Assembly (NCBI GenBank): GCA_964234715.1 | Contig: OZ174288.1 | DNA length: 64,000 nucleotides | Reading direction: 5' to 3' (one strand) | Source: Podarcis melisellensis | Lineage: Eukaryota | In this document: piece after piece, positions 47,401 to 56,800 of the stretch | Layout: each line of letters opens with the position of its first letter | Position numbering within the stretch: the stretch's first letter is position 1 | Made by a program: the position numbers and the translations under genes | Notes under the pieces: generated by a model | The model's input: the letters and a program-made list of their open reading frames with translations, nothing else | Told to the model about the DNA's origin: nothing | Database searches by the model: none

Positions 47401-49014
47401 CCCCCCCCCCCGCCAATCTGAGTGGACCACCCTAAGCGTCCTGCAACACTCCTGTCTACGGACCAGGCTGCCTCCTATCTCTGCAGACCAGGAAGCTCCC
47501 TCCCTGCAGGGCCGCTCCATCTCTAAGCCCAGATCTAGCACCGGAACCACCTCTTCTGATTCAAGCAGAGCTGGGCGGGTGCCAACCACCTACTGGCAAG
47601 ATCTCACTCCTGACCTCCTGATGATGACAGCTCCCAGCTGCTTCAGGCAGACATGAAATAGGGAAGGAGCAAGAGGGCAGCAGAGGCCACAGGAACTGCC
47701 CCGTGGTACCAGGCAGTGCCCTCCCCAAGAAGCACTTTCAAAAAATGGTCTTGAATGCAGCGGCAAAACCGCTGGCCTACGATGTCTCCAGTGCCCCCCT
47801 CCCTGGGCTGCTCCAGAAGGACAGCAAGGTCCACAGCGCCAAAAGGCCGTGACAAGTGTGATGTCACCAGCCAGGGTGACCAAGCCACTTCAGCACCACT
47901 GCAGAGCAGTATGAAGTAAGCAGCCCATAAGCGGCACACAAAACACTACCAAACCATTCTACGTTCTAAGTCTTATATTAATAATCCAAAAATTGCGAGA
48001 ACAAGGTACAAGATCTACAGCAAACGCCACAAACAGAAAACTCATTCAAATGGTGTCCAAAAGGAAGACTCAGTCTTTAAAGTTCCTTTAGCCAGGCTCC
48101 TGTAGATATCAACAAAGATAAGTTTGATCAAACGGAGTGTCGGTGATGTTACGCACCAGAGTTAGACAGGGTGGCGGCGTTTGTCACCTGTTTCACCCAT
48201 GAAGAGTCTCGGGTTTCTTCAGTTTTCTGTTTCTGGCTTTTGTAGTAGATCTTGTACCTTGTTCTCTCAATTTTTGGATTATTAATATAAGATTTAGCAC
48301 ATAGAATGGTTTGGTTTGTGTGCCGCTTATGTGCTGCTTGCTTCATACTGGTCTACAACAAGAATTGGCAGCCTAGGTTCATTTCTTCAGTACTTCAGCA
48401 CCACTGAGCAATCCTGAAGGCAGGTCAGCGGTTTTCTCCAAATATGCTGCCCTCTCAAGTCCCAAGAGGAGGAGGGTTGCTCAGAACTTGGGGGGTCTTC
48501 TCAAGAAGGGGAATGGGCGCAGAACCCCCTCCTTCCCTCTGACCAAGTGAAGCATTAATTGCACCCCAGGCCCACCCCGTGAACCCCCCCCCCCAGCTCA
48601 CCCAAGAGGCCAAGAGGAGGAAGAGCTTCACTGAGCCAGACTCCACATCCAAGGGAGCCTGGAGGGGACTCTGGACTCACCTCTGGGCGGCTGGGGGGCC
48701 AAGGAGCAGGGTCTGCTGTTGCTGCTGCCGTACCGCCTGAAGGAGCAGCGTGGGGGGGACCTCCATGCTGGCAGCGCAGCGCTTCAGGTGGCTGCCCCGG
48801 CTCCGGAGGGAGCTGAAGCCCTTTCCGCAGATGGGGCACTCAGGAACAACCGGGCCCCTGGCAGGGGGGGCAGAAGGGGGGCCCTCCAGGTCATCCAGGC
48901 ACCTGGAGGAAAAGCAGAGTCTCTTCAGGCAGGAAGCCCTCAGAGGAGAGAAGGACCCCCGCCCCGCCCCGCCCCAGCTCTGCTGCTAAAGAAGCCTTTT
49001 TTTAAATTGAGGTT

Positions 49015-49071
<57 letters not shown>

Positions 49072-50667
49072 TCTTTATTGTCATTGCCCCCTCTCGGGGA
49101 CAACAAAATTTATATTCACATTTGATTGAACTCTTTACAGTTTTTTTTAAAGAGAAAAGAGAAAAAGGGGGGAAATGGAAATGTAGCTCATTACAAACTA
49201 TGTAATGTATATAATAATAATAATTTTTATTTATACCCTGCCCTCCCCAGCCAAGACCAGGCTCAGGTATAAAAACAATTGATTAAAATACAACTTAAAA
49301 ACAAGATTAAGCAATTATGTCAACAGGCTTGTTTTTTTCTCTCACATATACATCAGTTCATGAGTCACTATGGTTTTGATAAATGCTTTTCAGCCTTTCC
49401 TGAAGAAATGAAAACAAGGCATGGAGCCACCGTTGTTTAAGGTGAGGCCCAGAAGAAAATGCAAGAGGTGAGCCAGGAGACACGGAGGCAGCTGCTCAAA
49501 AGCAGCAGGGATCGCCTGGCCAGCTGCCCCCTGGCTGAGCCAGGCCTGGCCTGAGTCTCCCAGCAGCACCCCCACCAAGGAGCCCCCACCTGTTGACATG
49601 CTGCTCCCTCCGGACGGAGTTCATGGCAGAGAGGTCCTTCTGGCAGATCTGGCAGAACACCCAGCCGGCCTCCTCCAGGCTTCCCGGCTGCAGCTCCAGA
49701 TGAGCAGCCCCATGGCGTCCCCAGGACTGGACTGGGGGCAAGAAGAGAGTCAGCCCCAGGCCCCTGGCTCCCTCAGAGCAGCCTCACCCCAGGACACCCT
49801 GGGCGGGGGGGGGGGGGGCTGTGGTCTGGCGCCTGGGACAGTGCGGTGCCTCTGGGGCGCAGGAGGAGCCTGGAAAGCATTTTCCAAGCCTCAGCTGCGA
49901 CGTTTGGACAGCGACCAGCCTTGGGACCCAGACCTTCAATCCAGCAAGCAGGTTTGGGCAGGATCCTGTTTTTCTTGGATGCAAACGCTGCATCTGAGCT
50001 GGGGGGGGTGAAGGATCTGCCCAACACAGACCCCCAACAGGTCACTTCTGAGCCATGGCAGGACCCGGGGCAGGCCTGACACTGACCGTCCTGGCAAGCG
50101 GGTGGCCTCCTGGCATGGTCCTCCTCCTCCTTCCTGGCTGAGGCGCCGGGCAGCACCAGGGGCTCCAGGGTCACCTGCGCGGATCCCTGCGCCTCCTGCG
50201 GGTGCCTCTGCCAGGGGCGGCTGCATCTTCCTCCTCCGCCGCGTCCTCCTTCCTCTGCTGCTGCGTCTCCCGCTCCTGGACGGGCTCCTGCCGGGGAAAA
50301 AGCAGGCGGGCTCCATTTGCTGCTGCAAAGAGAGGAGCTGCCCCCTGTGTCCCCCCCCACACCCCCCAGAACTCCCAGAAACAGGCTGAGACACGCCCCC
50401 CCGCAGCGCTTATTGGTACGACCCGCCTGAGCGAAGCCAAAGGAAGCGGGCCATACCAATGAGCGCTGCGGGGGGGAGTCCGGACGCCCCTTCAGGGGCT
50501 CCTGCGCCCCCTTCTCCGCCCTGCTGGGTCTTCCCGGGGGCCTCAGTCTCGTCCCCGCGGGCAGGAGCAGCGGGAGGCGCGCGGCGGCGGCGAGCCCCCG
50601 GGGGACCCCCCGCCAATTTGAGGCGCCCGCGGCGGGACGCCCGGAACTCGTCCTCCGAGTCGCCCAT
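38879..50667 (-). CDS. SLX4: Structure-specific endonuclease scaffold SLX4 (FANCP/BTBD12), about 1429 aa, 14 coding exons
   Basis: Exons 50667-50457 (tentative), 50287-50087 (tentative), 49731-49590, 48902-48681, 47340-47135, 46579-46281, 44269-44053, 43896-43808, 43510-43364, 42838-42669, 42515-41014, 40799-40694, 40595-40140, 39200-38879. They sum to 4290 nt with consistent phases. Encodes two UBZ4 fingers, MLR, BTB, SIMs, SAP (MUS81-binding) and the C-terminal SLX1-binding domain. Confidence 0.93.
40140..40595 (-). CDS. SLX4: SLX4 exon, SAP end
   Basis: FGVRALPKRKMILKLKEIFQYTH...SASQES. Confidence 0.94.
40694..40799 (-). CDS. SLX4: SLX4 exon, SAP start
   Basis: PTPMPSYSIMETPKLKKELHR. Confidence 0.93.
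41014..42515 (-). CDS. SLX4: SLX4 large central exon (BTB end, SIMs, TOPBP1-type site)
   Basis: FGVTELAGIC...LLKSMW...ELEQIYEFTATQR...IVLLDSDEE...SWRVPDTPL...VVLVGDSKEE; 1502 nt. Confidence 0.93.
42669..42838 (-). CDS. SLX4: SLX4 exon, BTB part 2
   Basis: EGFLVAEEG...RRVLLSDVSKEALGVFLSYLYTAD. Confidence 0.95.
43364..43510 (-). CDS. SLX4: SLX4 exon, BTB part 1
   Basis: GMVNNPHLSDVQFQVDTGELLYAHLFVLYARCPQL; 147 nt. Confidence 0.96.
43513..43562. repeat. (GA)n microsatellite forming an SLX4 acceptor polypyrimidine tract
   Basis: About 25 GA units directly abutting CTG (CAG acceptor on the - strand). Confidence 0.95.
43808..43896 (-). CDS. SLX4: SLX4 89-nt exon
   Basis: ctccag|GT...ATG|gtaagg; size and phase match human exon 9. 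Confidence 0.75.
44053..44269 (-). CDS. SLX4: SLX4 exon
   Basis: ALQDLVELAGEGLTLTQW. Confidence 0.88.
44411..44651. mobile_element. Tigger-like MITE flanked by (CA)n/(TG)n microsatellites
   Basis: CAGTGGACGCTCGGGTTGC / GTAACCCGAGGTATGACTG. Confidence 0.65.
44716..45110 (-). mobile_element. L1 3' end
   Basis: QKWK..KLVEYAQL..IREQ; homologous to 57160-57605. Confidence 0.7.
45480..45817 (+). mobile_element. Probable non-LTR retrotransposon 3' fragment
   Basis: AT-rich island ending AATAAAATTCTATTCTATTCT; family not identified. Confidence 0.4.
46281..46579 (-). CDS. SLX4: SLX4 exon, MLR
   Basis: PLLLPQDP...MEARVAQLLSEAEEEFPSTPQLPPSRL...SLWEASSL. Confidence 0.92.
47135..47340 (-). CDS. SLX4: SLX4 exon, MLR (XPF-binding) start
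   Basis: EDLLVAMAMSRSLLE. Confidence 0.92.
47907..48350. repeat. Long inverted repeat (arms about 135 bp, spacer about 180 bp) in an SLX4 intron
   Basis: 47907-48042 is the reverse complement of 48221-48350 with scattered mismatches. Confidence 0.85.
48681..48902 (-). CDS. SLX4: SLX4 exon, UBZ4-2
   Basis: CLDD...PECPICGKGFSSLRSRGSHLKRCAASMEVPPTLLLQAV. Confidence 0.93.
49016..49070. repeat. (AAT)n microsatellite
   Basis: Direct reading. Confidence 0.95.
49590..49731 (-). CDS. SLX4: SLX4 exon, UBZ4-1
   Basis: FCQICQKDLSAMNSVRREQHVNR. Confidence 0.9.
50087..50287 (-). CDS. SLX4: SLX4 second coding exon (tentative)
   Basis: ttttccccggcag|GA...GACG|gtcagt; 201 nt, phase 1-1, links the neighbouring exons in frame; low sequence similarity. 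Confidence 0.45.
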
Positions 50668-50870
50668 GGGCGGCGGAGTGCCTACCGCGCATGCGCCGCT
50701 CGAGGCCGGAGGACTCGCCATAGAGACGCAGAGGGGAGAGCGGCCGGGATGGGAAGCGGAAGCGCTTCCCCGCCCCCGGAAGGGGTTCCGGAGGTGCCAG
50801 GAGCCGATGGGCGGATCTACCTCTGCGCCGGATGATGACGCCACCGAGCCGAGACGCTGTAGTTTTCGGA
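50390..50870 (-). promoter_or_regulatory. CpG-island promoter of SLX4 with an NRF1 palindrome and ETS/GABP-like GGAAG repeats
   Basis: Very dense CpG; GCGCATGCGC at 50687-50696; GGGAAGCGGAAGCGCTTCC at about 50751-50769. Confidence 0.75.
50457..50667 (-). CDS. SLX4: SLX4 first coding exon (tentative 3' end)
   Basis: Strong Kozak GCCGCCCATGG; MGDSEDEF resembles the MDESDEDF N-terminal motif of human SLX4; donor ATTG|gtatgg, phase 1. Confidence 0.55.
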
Positions 50871-50968
50871 CTACAACTCCCATCCTCTTTAGCTAGTAAG
50901 ACCAGTGGTCAGGGATGGTGGGAATTGTAGTCCGAAAACTGCTGGAGGCCGAAGATTGGGCAACACTG
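50857..50968. mobile_element. hAT-type MITE (left end eroded) in the SLX4 promoter
   Basis: Same family as 9380-9515; ACTACAACTCCCA 50870-50882 and TGGGAATTGTAGT 50919-50931. Confidence 0.8.
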
Positions 50969-52099
50969 GACTAGACGACCCTGGGACACCCCCTTCCCGA
51001 CTCCCGGCTGGTTCTTGCCCAGGTCCAAGGGCGGCCGAGGCTTCCCTCTGGGCAGAGGTCTGGCTGCTTGCCTTGCCCCTCAACGAGGCAGCGGCCTGGG
51101 GTGGCCAAGGGCCAGGCGAGCTCTGCCAAGCCCCTCTTCGCCCGGGCTGGGGCGCTGCCCCTTTGCAATGCACAGCCACTGAGAAAACTGGAGGGGGGAG
51201 TGAGAGACCCCCGACACCCCCCCCACGAGGAGTCTCCCCTGCACGTCACCAAACCATTCACGTACATTTCCCTGCCTTTCACCTGTCAAAGCAAATCCTC
51301 CCGTGTCAAGAGAAAATAGCAGCCACATCTCTGCAGAGGCATTCATTGCATCTGCGAAGGGAGCTCAGCTCAGGAGCCTGACACTCCAGCAAAGGAAAAC
51401 AGGGAAAGCCTCAATACCAAATCGCTGATAACTGCATCCATATAGTGGCTCAATAAGAGAATGAATTTCATAGGAAATCACTCGTATCAATCTTCTCAGT
51501 TCCAATGGCATTTAGGATGCAGGGAAGTGAGGCATAAGGGTGATATCCTGCCCCAAGAGTGTCAGACAGATCATCATCTCAATCACAATGCCTACCCTAT
51601 AGGGGGATGGTGTGATAGGAATTTTATGCTCTTAAATATATGATAATATTCATAAGTGTACCAACCAAGCACATACATAGATCAGCACAGGAAGGCCAAC
51701 CTGGAAACATTTTGATTCCTAAACTTACCAAATCTTTTCTCTGCAAGGTCAAAATGGAAAAGCCTCCCCATTGTCTTTTCCTTCACAAATCCTGTCTCAA
51801 GGGTATGTCTAAGTTTGAATGGGGTGCGAGCCTGTGACCGGCCCAGGAACTAAGTATTTACCACTACAAAAGAATGGCCAGGCTCCCCAGGCAATCCAAT
51901 CAAGTAACCTGCCAGACAGGAGATAAACAACATTTAAATTTCTGATTAGACCGCCTTTTCTGTGATGTAGGTAAGATGTATCTGAGGGGTGGTCTTAGGT
52001 TACACCCCTTCTGTGATGTTTGTATGATGTTTCTGGATGTGGTCTTGATCTACAGGGTGGCAATTTCAAAAGTCTTTATAAGGCCTTGCACACCTTGCA

Positions 52100-52740
52100 C
52101 ACCCAACAACATCACACATACCATCTCGGGACTATTTAATTGCTCATCGTCTAACACTGTGTATGCCATCAAATGCCAACAGTGTCCTTCAGCTCTCTAT
52201 ATTGGACAAACAGGCCAAACCTTACGCCAAAGAATAAACAGACATAAATCGGACATCAGGAATCACAAGACAGAGAAACCAGTAGGAGAACACTTCAATC
52301 TCCCAGGACATTCTATACAAGATCTCAAAGTAGCTGTTCTACTACAAAGGAATTTCAGAAATAGACTGGAAAGAGAAGCTGCTGAATTGCAACTTATTAC
52401 CAAACTTAAAACCATGGAGAGACCTGGTCTGAACAAAGACATTGGATTCTTATCTCATTATACATGACAAAGCCATTTTTCACCTTCTCACCCCTTGCTT
52501 TTTCCTGTAAGACCTATTGCAGTCGTTAAGAGTCGTCAACAGGCTCATCACAGCTATCTGCCAATCACCCATTCCCACCACCCTTCTGAGTAATACCCCT
52601 CCCCACCTTCTCACTATATAGAAGGGTCTGGTGACTTCTGTTTCAGTGTATCTGAAGAAGTGTGCATGCACACGAAAGCTCATACCAAGAACTAACTTAG
52701 TTGGTCTTTAAGGTGCTACTGGAAGGAATTTTTTTGTTTT
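52100..52740 (+). mobile_element. 5'-truncated Penelope-like element (GIY-YIG endonuclease + 3' tail)
   Basis: CSSSNTVYAIKCQQCPSALYIGQTGQTLRQR..H..E..GLN; tail ..GTTGGTCTTTAAGGTGCTACTGG. Confidence 0.9.
52648..52685 (+). ncRNA. Minimal type I hammerhead ribozyme motif (Penelope-associated)
   Basis: GTAT-CTGAAGA-A-GTGTGCATGCACAC-GAAA-GCTC-ATAC: CUGANGA and GAAA cores, stem II hairpin, palindromic AGCT stem III, GTAT/ATAC stem I. Confidence 0.75.
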
Positions 52741-53788
52741 GACCATTTTTCTGGGTCTTCCTCCTTTCCTGCGGGTGAGGGGAGCACCCTGTTGCAACAG
52801 ATCAATAAAGATCAAGCTTACTAGCTGCTTTGCTTCTCAATATTCTCTGGTTGGCCTGTTATATTCTCCTACCAATGGGGAACCTATGTAAGGACTCTAT
52901 ATGGGCTCTTGGATACCCCATAAGGGAAGAAGGGCAATTTTTGTTTACAACAATGGCCAAGACAAAGGGGTGTATTTGACCTGGAAACTGTAAATGCTTT
53001 CCTTTGTACTGTGATGGAGTGAGTGTAAGAGACTATATTTGAGTGACAGGGGCATGCCTGGATCTCAGGTTCTACCGGAGACCACACTTTTCCTGACATA
53101 TCTATGATGTCTTGATGATGCATTCTGAGATGTATTATGTGAAACTTTGGAAAACTTTGAAATACAGATGTAACCCATTGATCTGGGCTTCTCTCTGCTT
53201 CTATGGTGTAGCTGGGAGCCTTGCTGCAACAATAAAGATCAAGCCTCTTGGCCGCTGCTTTGCTTCAATTTCTCGGCTGTACTCTTGTTTGACCTTCCAA
53301 CCGAAGCCTACGGAACTCACTGCTGCAGGAAAAGATCTGCTCCTTGCATCTGCCATGGGGGGGGCTCTGAGCATGCTTAGAAGCACTTGGTCCTAATTGC
53401 CAGTGCGTTTTGTGAACAGTGCGGAGCCACTCTCTTCCCATGCGCATTGTAGAAGGGATCCACGCACTCGAAGACAGGCTCAGAATAAAAGCAGGGCGAT
53501 ACATTTCAGAACTGGGGGTTTAAAAGTCTTTACTTAGAGGTACTGCCAACACACGCAGCCTGCAGGCAAGTCCAGAAACACACACCCTGACAGCTGGCTG
53601 TGCAAACACACCTTTTGAAATAAAGGACCATGGCTCCAGGTGGCTCAACTCTGGCCCCTCTGCTCTTTCCAACGGGCCAAGATCCGGATGTGGGAGCCCA
53701 GGCCAAGAGCTTGCCAAAAGAGCAGGCAAGCCAGGCCAAGCACCCTCTGAAGACAGGCAGGATGCCCCAGCTCAGCTCCAGGCAGGAC

Positions 53789-53890
53789 TCAGTGCTTCTC
53801 CAGGGCTTTGGCAAGGAGCTCGTTCAGCCGGTTCACCATCGGCCGCGGGTCATCGTTCAGGCCTGCTGCTATCATGGCGTTGTCGTAGAT
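53789..53890 (-). CDS. TRAP1: TRAP1 exon 18 (last coding)
   Basis: [33 protein letters not shown] stop. Confidence 0.96.
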   Translation of the reverse strand: MYDNAMIAAGLNDDPRPMVNRLNELLAKALEKH

Positions 53891-56800
53891 CTGCCAGCGA
53901 AGGAAGGAACAATGAAGCGGGTCAGGGTAGAGGGGGGCTACCTTGGCTTACTGTGTCCCAGGGTATGGCAGGAGCACCAATGGACAGAGATGGGATTCTG
54001 CTCTGAATGCCAGCCAGGAGTAGACAAGGAAAACATGACAGGAGGGGCGCATTTCCCTCAGTAACTGCTCTCCTGGGGGCTGGACTACATGATCCGCTTG
54101 GCCCCTTCCAACTCTATAATTCTATGATTCTTCTGCCCCCCCCCCAAGGCTCTCAGAGAGGCCCCAGGGAATCCACGTGGGGGTGGCAGGGGGTTACACT
54201 GTTCCCTGCTTGTGGAGACTGCAGGTGCCAGCTGTCTCGGCTCCAGACATTGCAAAGGCACTGGACACCTCCCCCACTCCTTTCCACTGCTCTCCCGAGG
54301 GGATGACGAGACGCTGGCAGTCCATGTGCCCCTCTGTGTGGCTAGGCTTCTCCCCTGAGGAGGAAGCAGAAGCTAGTTCACCTGGTCAAGCAGCATAAGG
54401 GCCAGATCTGGCTGGCTGGAGCGGAGCTGGTTGAGCTTCTTGATCAGAGCGTGCCTAGAAGGGAAGACAAAGGGGCAGTTTGAGTGCTGCAGCAGGCAGA
54501 GCGCATGGGATTCCTTCCCCAAAGCCCCCTCTCCGCCTGTGCCCAGCCCCTCTGTCCTCCCCAAGGAGAGCCCTTGCTGAGGTCCAAAGGGAGGCGTCCG
54601 AAAGCAGGATGTGAGGGCGACAATGCCGTCCCCAGTGCATCACGTCCAGGGATTCCTCCTCCCCCAGGTCCAGCTCTGCCTGTTTTCCAATACCCAGTAT
54701 TGATCTCCAGCGTGGGCTGAAGGATCTGAGCCCGCTCCTCGGTGGTCTTGGCCAGCTGCTGCATCCGGAGGAAGTGTCGGGCAGCACCCATCTCCAGCAC
54801 GGTGATCATGGCCGGGTGCATCTCCAGGCGTGGAGTCACCTGTAGGGCAGCAGGAAGGAGGGGGGTGAGGTCAAGGCTAGCAGCCCCTCCTGCCTCCCCA
54901 CCAGGTCCCAGGAAGCAAGCCAACCCCCCGGCTGCTGAGAGGAAATGGCAGGCCGGTACATGGATTTGCCCAGATCCATCACAACTGCCCTTTCCAGTTA
55001 TTTATGCTCTCAGCCCTTCACACAGTCATCACCATCCTGACAGGTCACACTGTGGCTGCAGAAACAGCTCCCAGGCCCAGCCAGGGGGCTTCCCGAGACC
55101 CAAGCCCTCATGGTGGCCAAAGTGTTCTCCCTAGATTGTGTGCAAACGCAGGCCTCCCACCCAGGCCAGAGTGGCGCATGCTCTGGTTAACTCCCGCTTC
55201 GATTTCTGCCATGCGCTCTACGTGGGGCTACCTTTGAAGGTGACTCGGAAACTACAACTAATCCAGAATGCAGCAGCTAGACTGGTGACTGGGAGTGGCT
55301 GCCGGGACCACATAGCACCGGTCCTGAAAGACCTACGTTGGCTTCCAGTATGTTTCCGAGCACAATTCAAAGTGTTGGTGCTGACCTTTAAAGCCCTAAA
55401 CGGCCTCGGCCCAGTATTCCTGAAGGAGCGTCTCCACCCCCATCATTCAGCCTGGACACTGAGGTCCAGCTCCGAGGGCCTTCTGGCGGTTCCCTCCCTG
55501 CGAGAAGTGAGGTTACAGGGAACCAGGCAGGGGGCCTTCTCGGTGGTGGCGCCCGCCCTGTGGAACGCCTTCCCACCAGATGACTTTTAGAAAACATCTG
55601 AAGGCAGCCCTGTATCGAGAAACGTTTTGTGTCTGATTTTACAATGTTTCATGTTCTGTAAGCCACCCAAAGTGGCTGGGGAAACCGAGCCAGATGGACA
55701 GGGTATAAATAATGAAATTATTGTAATTATAACTTACCCGCCTGCCCCCCTGCCCTGGACCCTCACCTTGATGGCAGCAACCCGTGGGCCAAGTGCATTC
55801 CTCATCCAGGCCAGGAGCTCCTCTGCAGCCGAGGCGCTCAGAGACTCTTCTGCTGCAGGAGGAGGAGGAACACAGGGGAGTGGATCAGGGTGGGGGAAGA
55901 GGAGACAAACCCCTCAGTCACAGCCACAAAGTCCTTCCTGAGAGGGTGGGGAGTGCTGACAAGAGGCCAGCCTCTGGGACACCTCCTGGGGTATTCCCAT
56001 CCCTCCAAGATGGGCGATTCCCCACCTCCTCCAAGCTAGGCAGCCAACTCTGCTTGAAAAGGGCTCATGCCCTCTTCCCACCGCACAGCAGAAGCCCACC
56101 TGGGTGCTTCTCCTCAAACTTCTCCTCCTTGTAGTGGTCGACGACGATATCCGTCTCCACAGACATCAGCTTCTTCTTGTCAAACTCCCGGAGGTGCAGG
56201 AGGGTCAGTTCATCAAACTGCTCGTAGCAGAATAGTACCTGTGGGGGCCAAATGGGGGGGTGTCCTCAGTTCCAAGGAAAGGGAGAATGACCACCACCAC
56301 CCCGGTCACAGGGCTTCCTCCTCTGCTCCTGGTGCCCAACCCCAAAGCACTTGCTGGGAAAGGGGCTCCCACAGGCCCCGGCTGGGGCTTTGCTTCCCGA
56401 CCCCCCCCCTTTGCTCTGCTGCTCACCTCCACGTCCTTCTTCTTCATAGCTTCGTAGTAGGGCGAGTGCTCAGCCAGGTGGCGGTTGGGAGAGCACAGGT
56501 AGTAGATGTTCCGGCTGCCGGCCTGCATGCGGCCAGCATAGTCCGAGAGGCTGGTCAGCTGGCCAGCGGGCAACGCCGAGGACTCGTAGCGAAGCAGCTT
56601 AGCTATGTCTTCCTGCGAAGGAGAGTCCCGCCAGTCAGAGGACAAAGGAGGCAGACCCCTCACCCTTCACCAGGGCATCCGCTGCCCAAGTAAACCGCTT
56701 TGAGGGTGGGTTTTACAATCAAATTTTATGAAATAAATGAAGTAGGTGGCATCACAGCCGGTTTCCCACCTCCCTCTGGATACTTGGCAAGAATAAACCT

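Larger units (their letters stand above)
51611..52952 (+). mobile_element. ERV-like solo LTR containing a Penelope insertion
   Basis: TGTG...AACA termini; 4-bp TSD ATGG (51607-51610 and 52953-52956); TATAA 52077-52081; AATAAA 52804-52809. Confidence 0.75.
51300..53418 (+). mobile_element. Outer LTR-like element split by the inner LTR (boundaries approximate)
   Basis: 3' part carries AATAAAGATCAAGC..GCTGCTTTGCTTC, paralogous to the inner LTR, and ends ..TGTGAACA; TSD not resolved. Confidence 0.5.

Noticed and set aside
49732-49790. Additional SLX4 exon ending at donor 49788
   Set aside because: It would leave a 56-nt intron, implausibly short; the 50087 donor already gives a consistent phase
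51976-52467. GIY-YIG ORF as an SLX1 orthologue next to SLX4
   Set aside because: It has the Penelope CxxC insert, the Penelope tail and a hammerhead, and lacks the SLX1 C-terminal RING-type finger and introns
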